Below are positions 29,708-38,127 of a DNA stretch of 42,128 nucleotides, one piece after another; positions within the stretch are counted from its first letter, which is position 1, and every line of letters begins with the position of its first letter. Origin of the DNA: Calditrichia bacterium (GTDB lineage: Bacteria; Calditrichota; Calditrichia; RBG-13-44-9). The stretch lies in NCBI GenBank assembly GCA_037381445.1, contig JARRQT010000085.1, forward strand, positions 1 to 42,128, written 5' to 3'. A program made the position numbers and the translations under genes. The notes below the pieces were generated by a model. It saw only the letters and a program-made list of their open reading frames with translations. It ran no database searches and had not been told where the DNA came from.

Positions 29708-31000
29708 ATGGATTATCAAAATAAAATCTTTTGCATAATAACATTGGTTATTTTCTGCTCCTCCAATTTTTATATTCCGCCCTGCCCTGCTCGGGACTGG
29801 GAGCAAGAACCTCCTCTTAGAATAGCTAACAGTTCCTGGCAGAAATACGGAGAAGAAGGGAGCACCTTTCTCGATTTTTATCAAAGATGGCTTTCCCCGG
29901 TGAAGGGAGGAGATATATGTCCCATGTATCCTTCCTGCTCGCAGTATGCAAAACACGCACTCCATATACTACCCTGGTATGTGGCATATTTTAATAGCTT
30001 CGAACGGTTGTTGCGTTGTGGACACGAGCTTTATCTTTATCCTGCCATTCAAATAAATGGCAAAATCCGGTGGTACGATCCTGTATCAATGAAGGAATCA
30101 ACCACCCGGTCTAAGATTACTTATTCTTATTTACAATTTAACAGAACCGGCATTAAACCGGATGATGTCATGCCTTATAAACGGAAAATTGCGGATGCGG
30201 GATTTGCTGACTATTTATTTCGCGAAGGGGAATATGAAAGAGCCGTCACCGAATATTATCGGCTTGTTTATGCCGCTGCAGATTCCGCCAACAAAGCGAG
30301 TTTGTTGAGAAGCATCGGCTTGTGCTATTTCCACGCAGCGGATTACAGGGAATATATTTCATTTTTTGATAAGCAGCGGATTTATTTTACTCCAGATGCC
30401 ATTTTACGGGCGGAAATGACCCATTACCTCGGAAAAAGCTATTATCATCTGGACAACTATCAAAAAGCAATCTCTGCTCTGGAATGGGGTGATCGCAGCC
30501 CCGATGATCTGCTTTTTAGCGAAAACCAACTACTATTAGGCATTTCTTACGCCCGAATCTTTGACTGGCAGATGGCCGTCGAGAAATTAGAGATGATCGA
30601 GCAGGATTCTCCCCTGAAAGTATCCTCCGAAAACATCATTCGTTCTCTGAAAAATGTTCCGAAGCTTCCCCGCAAAAATCCGGTTTACGCAGGTATAATG
30701 TCATCCATTATTCCCGGTGCCGGCTATATATATTCCGGCCGGAAAGGAACCGGTATTACCTCATTTATAGTCAACGGATTATTCATCTGGGCAATCCGGG
30801 ATGCGGCAGTTAAAGAACAGTATGGCCTGGCGAGTGCAGCCGGTTTCCTGGGAATCGGCTGGTACATTGGAAATATTAGAGGATCTGTTGCCGCCGCGCA
30901 TGTTTACAACGCAAATATTGGGAACAATTTTATCGATAGATTGCTGGAAAAGGAAGGCTTAATTGAATATAAAAAAGATCAGCCAGGTCCTCTATTTTGA
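29708..31000 (+). CDS. YidD (haemolytic-domain)-like N-terminus fused to TPRs and a C-terminal membrane domain
   Basis: FYQRWLSP..CPMYPSCSQYA..RLLRC (YidD motif); FADYLFREGEYERAVTEYYR (TPR); KNPVYAGIMSSIIPGAGYIY (TM2-like). Confidence 0.8.
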   Translation: MDYQNKIFCIITLVIFCSSNFYIPPCPARDWEQEPPLRIANSSWQKYGEEGSTFLDFYQRWLSPVKGGDICPMYPSCSQYAKHALHILPWYVAYFNSFERLLRCGHELYLYPAIQINGKIRWYDPVSMKESTTRSKITYSYLQFNRTGIKPDDVMPYKRKIADAGFADYLFREGEYERAVTEYYRLVYAAADSANKASLLRSIGLCYFHAADYREYISFFDKQRIYFTPDAILRAEMTHYLGKSYYHLDNYQKAISALEWGDRSPDDLLFSENQLLLGISYARIFDWQMAVEKLEMIEQDSPLKVSSENIIRSLKNVPKLPRKNPVYAGIMSSIIPGAGYIYSGRKGTGITSFIVNGLFIWAIRDAAVKEQYGLASAAGFLGIGWYIGNIRGSVAAAHVYNANIGNNFIDRLLEKEGLIEYKKDQPGPLF

Positions 31001-31270
31001 TTGAAGCGGATTTAATAATGCGACAGTCAACGTAATGAGCGGCAGCAGGCGAGCTGATGCTTAGTTAAAAGGGCGTTACCAGTTATTTTATCACTGTCTC
31101 ATCAGCTGCAGTCTAAAAATCTGTAACCAATATGTTTTAATGACGTAATTAGAGGTTACCGGAATACCGAGTAAGACGGCGTAGTTGAATATGGATTTGG
31201 GGTCAATTAATTGGATTAAAATTACTGTTTTCCTGATTAGCGCAATCTTCGATAGAATAAAATTAAAATT

Positions 31271-31705
31271 ATGAAGGAGATTGAAATGAAGAAGAATATC
31301 ATCTGTTTAGGTTCCGTCCTTCTATTGGTTATCCTGTCCGGATGCGGCTCGATGGGAGCATTCAGAGCGGATAATTTGACAAATGTGGAACTGTCCCAGG
31401 CGAATTTCAATATTGTTGCCCGCAATGTGCAGGGTTCGGCAATGCAGGGTTATCTTTTTGGGGTCAGTGCCGCGCAGGGTTCAGGTGTGGGGACATTCGG
31501 CTTAGTCAGAGTCTCCGGCGTTGAGAAACCGTATGACAGTGCCGTAAAAGATTTGTGGAAAAATTTTCAGGAACAGTACGGCAGTATGGAGGGGAAAAAA
31601 TTGGCACTTGTGAACATACGTCAGGATACCGAGGTATTAAATACTTTTGTATATACTGAAGCCAGGTACTTTATAACCGCAGATGTCGTAGAGTTTATTA
31701 AATAG
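31271..31705 (+). CDS. Small lipoprotein (DUF6567-like)
   Basis: Lipobox LSGC; TNVELSQANFNIV..ALVNIR..TADVVEF. Likely start at 31286 after the AAGGAG RBS. Confidence 0.75.
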   Translation: MKEIEMKKNIICLGSVLLLVILSGCGSMGAFRADNLTNVELSQANFNIVARNVQGSAMQGYLFGVSAAQGSGVGTFGLVRVSGVEKPYDSAVKDLWKNFQEQYGSMEGKKLALVNIRQDTEVLNTFVYTEARYFITADVVEFIK

Positions 31706-31802
31706 AGATCACATTACCATAATGCAAAATTGCTATTGTCTCTATGTCGGGCAAGCGCAATAATGGCCGATTTAAAGCAGGCAAATTGCGGCTATCTTAT
31801 GC

Positions 31803-31833
31803 GCCTCTCCCGTTTCTCTAAAGCGGGAGAGGC
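31803..31833. terminator. Stem-loop between convergent genes
   Basis: GCCTCTCCCGTTT-ctcta-AAGCGGGAGAGGC, a 13-bp stem with one G.U pair. Confidence 0.7.
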
Positions 31834-31936
31834 AGTATTGAAAACATTCCTTACGTCCAATATTAAATTGCTCAACAAACATTAACGAGACAGATAAAGT
31901 TAGCTCAATTCAATTATTGCCCCGAGCCTTTTTACC

Positions 31937-32566
31937 CTATTCCATATATGACCGCCGCCGTTCAAAGCTGAACACTGCCGGGTAGAGGAAAACAAATCCC
32001 GCTATGAAGCAAAATACCTGCAGCATTTTGAGGGAGGGATTTTTCCATGCAACCGCCAATGCCAGGGGAATCCCCAATAAAACCCCCGATATGATGACCA
32101 GCAGCACAACGACGTCGAATTCCGCGGCCTTGTAGTTCTTAAAGATAGAGACAAACAGGTCGTGCAAAATCAGGAAGACGGAAAACCCCAGAAGCACCAG
32201 CCCGAAAAACATCATCATATCAAATGGGTCATGGTGCCAGATGCTGCCGGTATCGCCGAATAGAAGGCGCAGGAAAAAGTAGATTCCGTAAAAAAAGACT
32301 GCCGGCAGCACAATCAGCGATACCCTCGCCAGTGCAATCCGGTGAACCGATAATGGCAGAAGTATGTTCTGGCGCTCCCTTTTTTCCATGCTTCTGAAAA
32401 TAAGCAACTGTAAAATAGTCGCTGCACACAACGGGAACAGCATGGAACTAATGCCAGCGGTGGGGCTGGTTTGAATATAGAATAAAGCCGCCGGAATGAT
32501 AAATCCGGCCAATACCAGTGCCAATTTGTAAGTGTAGCGAAACTCTGCGAAGATAATATTCCACAT
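31937..32566 (-). CDS. ABC-2-type permease subunit (paralog 4)
   Basis: About 6 TM; MWNIIFAEFRY...EKRERQNILLPLS...ALARV...FERRRSYME. Confidence 0.8.
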   Translation of the reverse strand: MWNIIFAEFRYTYKLALVLAGFIIPAALFYIQTSPTAGISSMLFPLCAATILQLLIFRSMEKRERQNILLPLSVHRIALARVSLIVLPAVFFYGIYFFLRLLFGDTGSIWHHDPFDMMMFFGLVLLGFSVFLILHDLFVSIFKNYKAAEFDVVVLLVIISGVLLGIPLALAVAWKNPSLKMLQVFCFIAGFVFLYPAVFSFERRRSYME

Positions 32567-32578
32567 GGTTTGCCTCCA

Positions 32579-33253
32579 TCATCTCAAGTAGGAATTACGC
32601 CGGCCATAAGTAAGGACCGTAAAAGACGCCAAAACCAGGCTCAGAGCGGCAAAGATCAAAATTTGATAAATTCTGCCGGTCGGATCGGCAAGCATATTTA
32701 TTTTATCCAGAAAACGAATGAACGGATGAATACGGCCGGTGGATCTGGTCTGAATAATGGCGATTATCAGCAGGAAATTGATGCCGATAAATGCCAGGAT
32801 CATGATCGCCTTAAAGTCCTTTGCGGTGAACTTCATATTTCCCCAGGAAGCCGACCAGAAGTCGCGTGTGAAAAAATAGAGCGAAAACCCGGTGAGCATG
32901 ATTCCCAGGTAAGCAACCAGCTTAATTGGTGCATCCGGTGTTTTCAGGTGGAATACAGTATAGGTTAAAAAATAGAACAAGCCCAGACTGGCACAGGCAA
33001 GCACGATCATCAGAATTCGCGCTGCGGCGATTTCCCGGGTGGAAAGCGGCAGATGCATGAGCTGATACTCCCGCCGCTCTTTATTCCGGAAAACATTCCA
33101 CAAAACAGTCAGCAGGTAAGAAGCGATTAAAACATAACCAATTCTTACACCGGCGCTCAGGACTTCAAACAGACAAAGGACTAACACAAAGGCAAAACTG
33201 CCCAGGATGAGCTTTTTATTGTAGCCAATTTCGGCTTTGAGAATGAGTAACAT
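32579..33253 (-). CDS. ABC-2-type permease subunit (paralog 3)
   Basis: About 6 TM; MLLILKAEIGY...KERREYQLMHLPLS..IAAARI...YGRRNSYLR. Confidence 0.8.
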   Translation of the reverse strand: MLLILKAEIGYNKKLILGSFAFVLVLCLFEVLSAGVRIGYVLIASYLLTVLWNVFRNKERREYQLMHLPLSTREIAAARILMIVLACASLGLFYFLTYTVFHLKTPDAPIKLVAYLGIMLTGFSLYFFTRDFWSASWGNMKFTAKDFKAIMILAFIGINFLLIIAIIQTRSTGRIHPFIRFLDKINMLADPTGRIYQILIFAALSLVLASFTVLTYGRRNSYLR

Positions 33254-33264
33254 GTTTCTTCCCC

Positions 33265-33948
33265 TTAATCAAGATAAGATTTGCGCCGCTTGAAAGTGAT
33301 GACAGTTAAGGCGCTGAATATAGTTATCCAGACAAAAAATTTCAGAATTCCGTATTCTCCGGCAAAAGGGTCACTCTTTACAATAAAGAGCAGGAATGGT
33401 CTGAGATCGACGGGCGATTTTCCGGTCGTTTTAGCCAGGTGCATGGCAAAAATGCCCAAAAAATTCAGTCCCAGCAGAACCAGCACCGCACCGATCACAA
33501 TGCTGTTTTTAGCGATACCAAATTTTCGAAAAAATCCGGCAAAAAAATCTCGCAGTGCGAAGTACAGTGAAAATCCGATGATCACAATCGCACAGACTTT
33601 CAGCATAAAAGGCATATCGAAGGGCTCCCCCGAAAAAATGCGATTCACAAAGAAATAATGAATTGCGGCGTACAGCAGCGAGGCAAGAACAACAACCGCC
33701 ATGCGTGCCAGGGCGGTTTGAAACGCCGGCAACGGCAGCAGCGCCTGCAGCCTCTCCCTTCTGTCTTTGTTACGAATGGTAGTCCAGTTTTGCAGCATGA
33801 GGAAAAGCATGACGAAAAGCAGCATTCCTAAAGGCAGATCCTCCACGGCGAGGGAACGGACCAGAAGCCAGAAAAACGGGATGATGATAAGAAATCCCCA
33901 AAAAAGCTTGTGGTGATACGCAAATTCCGATTTAATGAGTCGCCACAT
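33265..33948 (-). CDS. ABC-2-type permease subunit (paralog 2)
   Basis: Start re-assigned to MWRLIKSEFAY (33948, GGAG RBS); KDRRERLQALLPLP..ALARM...FKRRKSYLD. Confidence 0.8.
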   Translation of the reverse strand: MWRLIKSEFAYHHKLFWGFLIIIPFFWLLVRSLAVEDLPLGMLLFVMLFLMLQNWTTIRNKDRRERLQALLPLPAFQTALARMAVVVLASLLYAAIHYFFVNRIFSGEPFDMPFMLKVCAIVIIGFSLYFALRDFFAGFFRKFGIAKNSIVIGAVLVLLGLNFLGIFAMHLAKTTGKSPVDLRPFLLFIVKSDPFAGEYGILKFFVWITIFSALTVITFKRRKSYLD

Positions 33949-33974
33949 ATTATCTCCAAATCGAATTTGAATTC

Positions 33975-34667
33975 TTACCCCAAATAGGTCTTTCGGTTTT
34001 TGAATATGAAAATACTTAACACTGTTAATCCAATCCCACACAGGTTGAAAAAAATCGCTCCGATTGCGACGGAAGAGACATTCGGAAAGTCCTTCTTAAA
34101 TTGATTCAGCGGTTCCAAAAATTTGAAGTAAGGTATTGCTACGGTAAACAGCAAATACCATACTAAATACCCCATAATTATCAATATGGAATATAAGATC
34201 ATCAATATGAGTTTTTGGTACCTATCCTGGAAACGAATCGTCAGATCACGATGAATAAAAATATAGGCGTTAATCATCATAATAAAACCGGTTAAGGACA
34301 ATGTATCCCAAATAATATTATCTACCCAATAGGGTTGTGCTGTTGAACTGCCAATCAAAAACAAAAGAACCAAACTCAGCCACACAATCCCCATGAATAG
34401 CAGCCGTGAGACCCCCACTTCTTTTATTGAAAGTGGCAATATTGACAAGTAACGTTCTCTCTTCTCTTTAAAGAATTTCAGGAAACTAACAAAGCAAGCC
34501 ACCGCAACAGCGACCGTCATGATCGCTTTTGTACCGCGTAAATTTAATGTCGGATTCGGCCAACCTCGAACAGAATTAACGATAATTATGAATAAGGCAA
34601 TACCGCAGGTAATCCCAACGATAATCTTGTTGTAGCAAATTTCAGCCCTCAGAATCCGCCACATCAT
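33975..34667 (-). CDS. ABC-2-type permease subunit (paralog 1)
   Basis: Start MMWRILRAEICY after AAGGAGG; KEKRERYLSILPLS..VGVSRL...FKNRKTYLG. Confidence 0.8.
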   Translation of the reverse strand: MMWRILRAEICYNKIIVGITCGIALFIIIVNSVRGWPNPTLNLRGTKAIMTVAVAVACFVSFLKFFKEKRERYLSILPLSIKEVGVSRLLFMGIVWLSLVLLFLIGSSTAQPYWVDNIIWDTLSLTGFIMMINAYIFIHRDLTIRFQDRYQKLILMILYSILIIMGYLVWYLLFTVAIPYFKFLEPLNQFKKDFPNVSSVAIGAIFFNLCGIGLTVLSIFIFKNRKTYLG

Positions 34668-35532
34668 TACCTCCTTTGAGAATATGCACCGCAATTTCAT
34701 CGATGCTCATGCGGTTCTCCAGTATATTTTCGGCGCCGATTTCGCCAAGCTGCCGCAGCGTCGCTTCATAATCGGAGCTGATGACCTGGTGATCCTTCCC
34801 TTCCTGACGGTGACTCACCGCACCATCGAATTGGATGTTGTCGCCGGAAAACCGAAATGATATTTTTCGCCAGTGATCGGTCAGGTCATCTTTATTGGCC
34901 CGGAGTTTAAGCCTCCCATTATCCAGAAATGCCAGCTCATCAGCCAGCCGGCTGATGTCGCTTAAAATGTGCGTTGAGTAGAAGATCGCACGCTCCCCAT
35001 CTTCCAGAATTTCGAAGAGGGCGTCCAGCACCTCCGTTCGAACGACGGGATCCAGCCCGGCGGTCGGTTCATCCAATAACAACAGCCGCGGGGAATGTGC
35101 CAAAGCGCCCACCAGCGAGAGTTTCACCCGGTTCCCGCTGGAAAGCGTTCGCGCCTTTTTATCCAGGGGAAGGGCAAACCGTTTGGCCAGATTTTCGGCC
35201 AAGGCCTGGGACCAGTTGGGATAAAACCGGGAGAGGAAGCGCAGGTTTTTCTCGCCGCTCCAGTTTTCGTAAAACACGTGAACATCGCCCACATAGCCGA
35301 TATCAAATTTCCACTCCGGTTTGTTGGGAGCGGTCTGCCGCCCGAAAACTTCCATCGAGCCGCTGTCCGCTTTTACCAAACCAACCAGGCAGTGCATAGT
35401 GGTGGTTTTCCCGGAAGCATTGGGTCCGATGTAACCAAGCACCGTTCCCGGCTCCAGTATCAGGTTCAATGGGCCAAGCCGGAAACCGGGGTAGGTCTTT
35501 ACCACATCTTTGAGTTCAAATGCGTTCGGCAT
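34642..35532 (-). CDS. ABC transporter ATP-binding protein (YtrB-like)
   Basis: Walker A GPNASGKTT, signature LSSGN, Walker B LLLLDEPT, STH. Confidence 0.95.
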   Translation of the reverse strand: MPNAFELKDVVKTYPGFRLGPLNLILEPGTVLGYIGPNASGKTTTMHCLVGLVKADSGSMEVFGRQTAPNKPEWKFDIGYVGDVHVFYENWSGEKNLRFLSRFYPNWSQALAENLAKRFALPLDKKARTLSSGNRVKLSLVGALAHSPRLLLLDEPTAGLDPVVRTEVLDALFEILEDGERAIFYSTHILSDISRLADELAFLDNGRLKLRANKDDLTDHWRKISFRFSGDNIQFDGAVSHRQEGKDHQVISSDYEATLRQLGEIGAENILENRMSIDEIAVHILKGGNDVADSEG

Positions 35533-35588
35533 GATGGTGCTCCTTATATTTTGTTATCTTTTTCTTCTGAAAAATGATCATCCTCGGT

Positions 35589-35882
35589 TCATGACATTTT
35601 TTTGCCCAGCCGATGCTGCGCCATTTTCTTTTTATTGGAATCCGATAGCTCCGATACAAAAAATCCTTTTCCCCTTCTGGAATGAATGAGCTCTTCCCGC
35701 ATCAGATTGTCGTAGGCGCGCTGCACGGTAATCACGCTCACCCGGTGTTCCCTGGCGAAGACGCGAATGGAAGGCAGGCTTTCGTTTGCGGATAGGTCTC
35801 CGGCCAGAATTTTTGCCCGAATCTGCCGTGAGATTTGGCTTTGCAACGGCTCATCGGAAATATCGGTTAAATTAAGAATCAT
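35589..35882 (-). CDS. GntR-family (YtrA subfamily) regulator, short
   Basis: PLQSQI..LPSIRVFA..VSVITVQRAY..SRRGKGFFV; directly upstream of the ABC ATPase. Confidence 0.88.
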   Translation of the reverse strand: MILNLTDISDEPLQSQISRQIRAKILAGDLSANESLPSIRVFAREHRVSVITVQRAYDNLMREELIHSRRGKGFFVSELSDSNKKKMAQHRLGKKMS

Positions 35883-35906
35883 TTTCCCTCTCTGATTGCT
35901 CCGACG

Positions 35907-36938
35907 CTATTTCATGATTTTCATAACCAGCACCGTGCGGTCATCTTGCAAAGAACCCGTATTATTAAAGGCATCAACATTTTCCAAAACTGCCTCGATC
36001 AACTTCTGCGGCTCTTTTTTGCGATTTTGAACCAGAGCCTTAAGCAAACGCTGTTCGCCATATTCTTCACCGGTTGGCGTCATTGCTTCGGTAATGCCAT
36101 CGGTATAAAGAAATAAGATGTCACCGTCATTGAGCTGCAAATTACCGGTTTCGTAGACAGAGTTTTCGATAATCCCCAGACCGGGGCCGCCAGCCCGAAG
36201 GTATTTGCAGTTGCCGTCTGCGTGTATAAGTATTGGATAGCTGTGGCCGGCGGTAGCAAATATAAATTCGCGGGTCGGTTTATTGAAGATGCCATAGAAA
36301 AGGGTGACGAATTTATTTTTCGGCGTGAAGCTCACCATCTGTTTGTTGAGGTTTTGCAAAATCATTTCGATTGGCTTACCATTATTCGCTTCGCTCTTTA
36401 TCATTGCCTGAATTTGCGAAATCAGCATGGCCGCCGGGAGACCTTTCCCGCAGGCGTCGCCGATGACCAGACCGAAGCGATTCTCATCAATCGGGAGATA
36501 ATCGTAAAAATCGCCGCTGATGGTTTTTGCAGACTGGTAATGCGCTGCCAATAAATATCGCCCGTTTTGGGGCAACGATTTGGGAAGCAGGGAAGCCTGA
36601 ATCTGGCAGGCCGTATGCAATTCCCTTTCGATTTCACGGATATCCAAACCGGAATGGTTATTCGTCAATCGCTGGCGGAATACCCGCTTTTGCTGCGGTG
36701 TAAAAGTAGGAACATAAAAATGCTTTTCGTCCCTGCTGATGATCAGTCCATCCCGAACCAGGGACTGGTAAGCTTTTTCGATGGTGTGAATATTAACATG
36801 CTGCTCACATGCCAGGGTGCGGACCGCCGGCAGTTCGCTTCCGTCATAGTCATCATCCGCCAGAATTTTTTCCAATAATTGCCTGGCGATCTGGCTGTGC
36901 ATCGGTTCATCGGATAAGCTTGTCAGGTTAAAAAGCAT
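35907..36938 (-). CDS. GntR-like wHTH fused to a PP2C/SpoIIE phosphatase
   Basis: N-terminal ~76 aa parallel the adjacent GntR; C-terminal ELHTACQIQASLLP, SGDFYD, IGDACGKG, AGH, LYTDGITEA, QDDRT. Confidence 0.9.
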   Translation of the reverse strand: MLFNLTSLSDEPMHSQIARQLLEKILADDDYDGSELPAVRTLACEQHVNIHTIEKAYQSLVRDGLIISRDEKHFYVPTFTPQQKRVFRQRLTNNHSGLDIREIERELHTACQIQASLLPKSLPQNGRYLLAAHYQSAKTISGDFYDYLPIDENRFGLVIGDACGKGLPAAMLISQIQAMIKSEANNGKPIEMILQNLNKQMVSFTPKNKFVTLFYGIFNKPTREFIFATAGHSYPILIHADGNCKYLRAGGPGLGIIENSVYETGNLQLNDGDILFLYTDGITEAMTPTGEEYGEQRLLKALVQNRKKEPQKLIEAVLENVDAFNNTGSLQDDRTVLVMKIMK

Positions 36939-36976
36939 TTTGGGCCTCGTAAATTTACTTCCTCAAATTGTTACTA

Positions 36977-36999
36977 CTGTATATATGCAATATATACAG
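36977..36999. promoter_or_regulatory. YtrA-type operator palindrome
   Basis: Perfect CTGTATATAT-gca-ATATATACAG, i.e. TGTA-N13-TACA, about 40 bp upstream of the operon's first gene. Confidence 0.8.
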
Positions 37000-37149
37000 A
37001 AAAGTTGCAATCGAAAAGCATTATTTTATTTTTTTCTGCTGCTTCGCCAAATAATATTCAGGATCTCCTTTTCAGGTTTGAATATCAAGCGGGGGGAAAT
37101 GGGATGCCGTGGGGGACGATGCTGACATGAGGATCTCACGAGTGGCCAT

Positions 37150-37613
37150 ATTGCTGCAGCTACAATCGGAATGTTCGCATTTTTCGGGATTACAGGATCA
37201 CTGGCAAATAAATTGGGCAGGAAATTAGTTTTTTGTTTTTATGTTGCTTTAAATTTTACAGCCATTCTTCATTTTATTTTATTGATGCCGAATTTAACAA
37301 TGGTAGGAAATTATACTCCGATCTACATAATTGCTTTATTCGCAAACGGCTCCTTCTGGAGATTATTATTTTTGTCCAAAATCCATTGCCTGGACTGTTT
37401 CCCGACTGAAATTCCCGGTACTTCATCCGGTTGGCGCTCCCTGAGTTTTGCTTTGGAATAACTGGCGGTTCTTTGTCCTGCGGTGCACTGGCCGCCGTCA
37501 TGTCTCTGGGTAAAATTTATCTTCTCTTTTCAGGTTTTGCAGCGTTGATTATTCTGGTCCTGGTGATAAAGTTCCTGTCGGAAACAAAAAGCATAAAGAT
37601 TACGGGTGTCTGA
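37150..37613 (+). pseudogene. Degenerate C-terminal half of an MFS transporter
   Basis: GSLANKLGRK (motif A-like), FPTEIPGTSSG (cf. ELFPTxxRGT), terminal LSETK (cf. PETK); split across ORFs 37171-37461 and 37431-37613; no N-terminal half. Confidence 0.65.
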
Positions 37614-37825
37614 ATTCTTAAACGCCATTTAATGAATGAGGAATTATCCCGGCAATCAAACCATGCGCTATGCCCTATGCTTTCAGATTCAGGCGTTATG
37701 CGCTTCATTCCTTACCGTGAATGATTAACTTGGCGGCGGTGAACTTATCGAATCGCCCATTTCATTTTGTGCCAATGTTGCATTCAATGTTTTTGTATAA
37801 TTTTAAGATATTGTAACTATATGCA

Positions 37826-37854
37826 TTGATTTTTTAATATAAATTTCATATACT
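37826..37854 (+). promoter_or_regulatory. Putative sigma70 promoter
   Basis: TTGATT (37826-37831), 17 bp, TATACT (37849-37854) with an AT-rich upstream region. The background is AT-rich, so a chance match is possible. Confidence 0.45.
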
Positions 37855-38045
37855 TTATATATTAAAGAAATTATTTGCCAGCGGCACGGGAAATAAGTTC
37901 ATTCAATCCTACAGGAAAATTCTATTTAAGCTTTGCAGATTTTAAACTGACTGCTGTTCCAAGTGCTTGTTTTATGGGAAAAAAGGTGCGGAGGATAGAA
38001 GCATTTTTTGAAATGGAGAAGATTAACAACAAAGGAATAAATTTG

Positions 38046-38110
38046 TGATAACAAAATGGTTGAATTCAAAACATTTTAGACTAAGTGCCTGAAGCAAATA
38101 TATGTTAAGC
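38046..38110 (+). repeat. Upstream element copy A (attI-like), ends in GTTAAGC
   Basis: TGATAACAAAA..TTGAATTCAAAACATTTTAGACTAAG..GCAAATATATGTTAAGC; similar to 39881-39953. Confidence 0.55.
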
Positions 38111-38127
38111 AATTATTAGAAAATATT

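Noticed and set aside
31010..31085. GGGCGTTAC resembling an attC right end
   Set aside because: No matching RYYYAAC arm or hairpin found.
35589..35591. TGA readthrough (selenocysteine) in the GntR gene
   Set aside because: No evident SECIS hairpin and no precedent for Sec at such a position.
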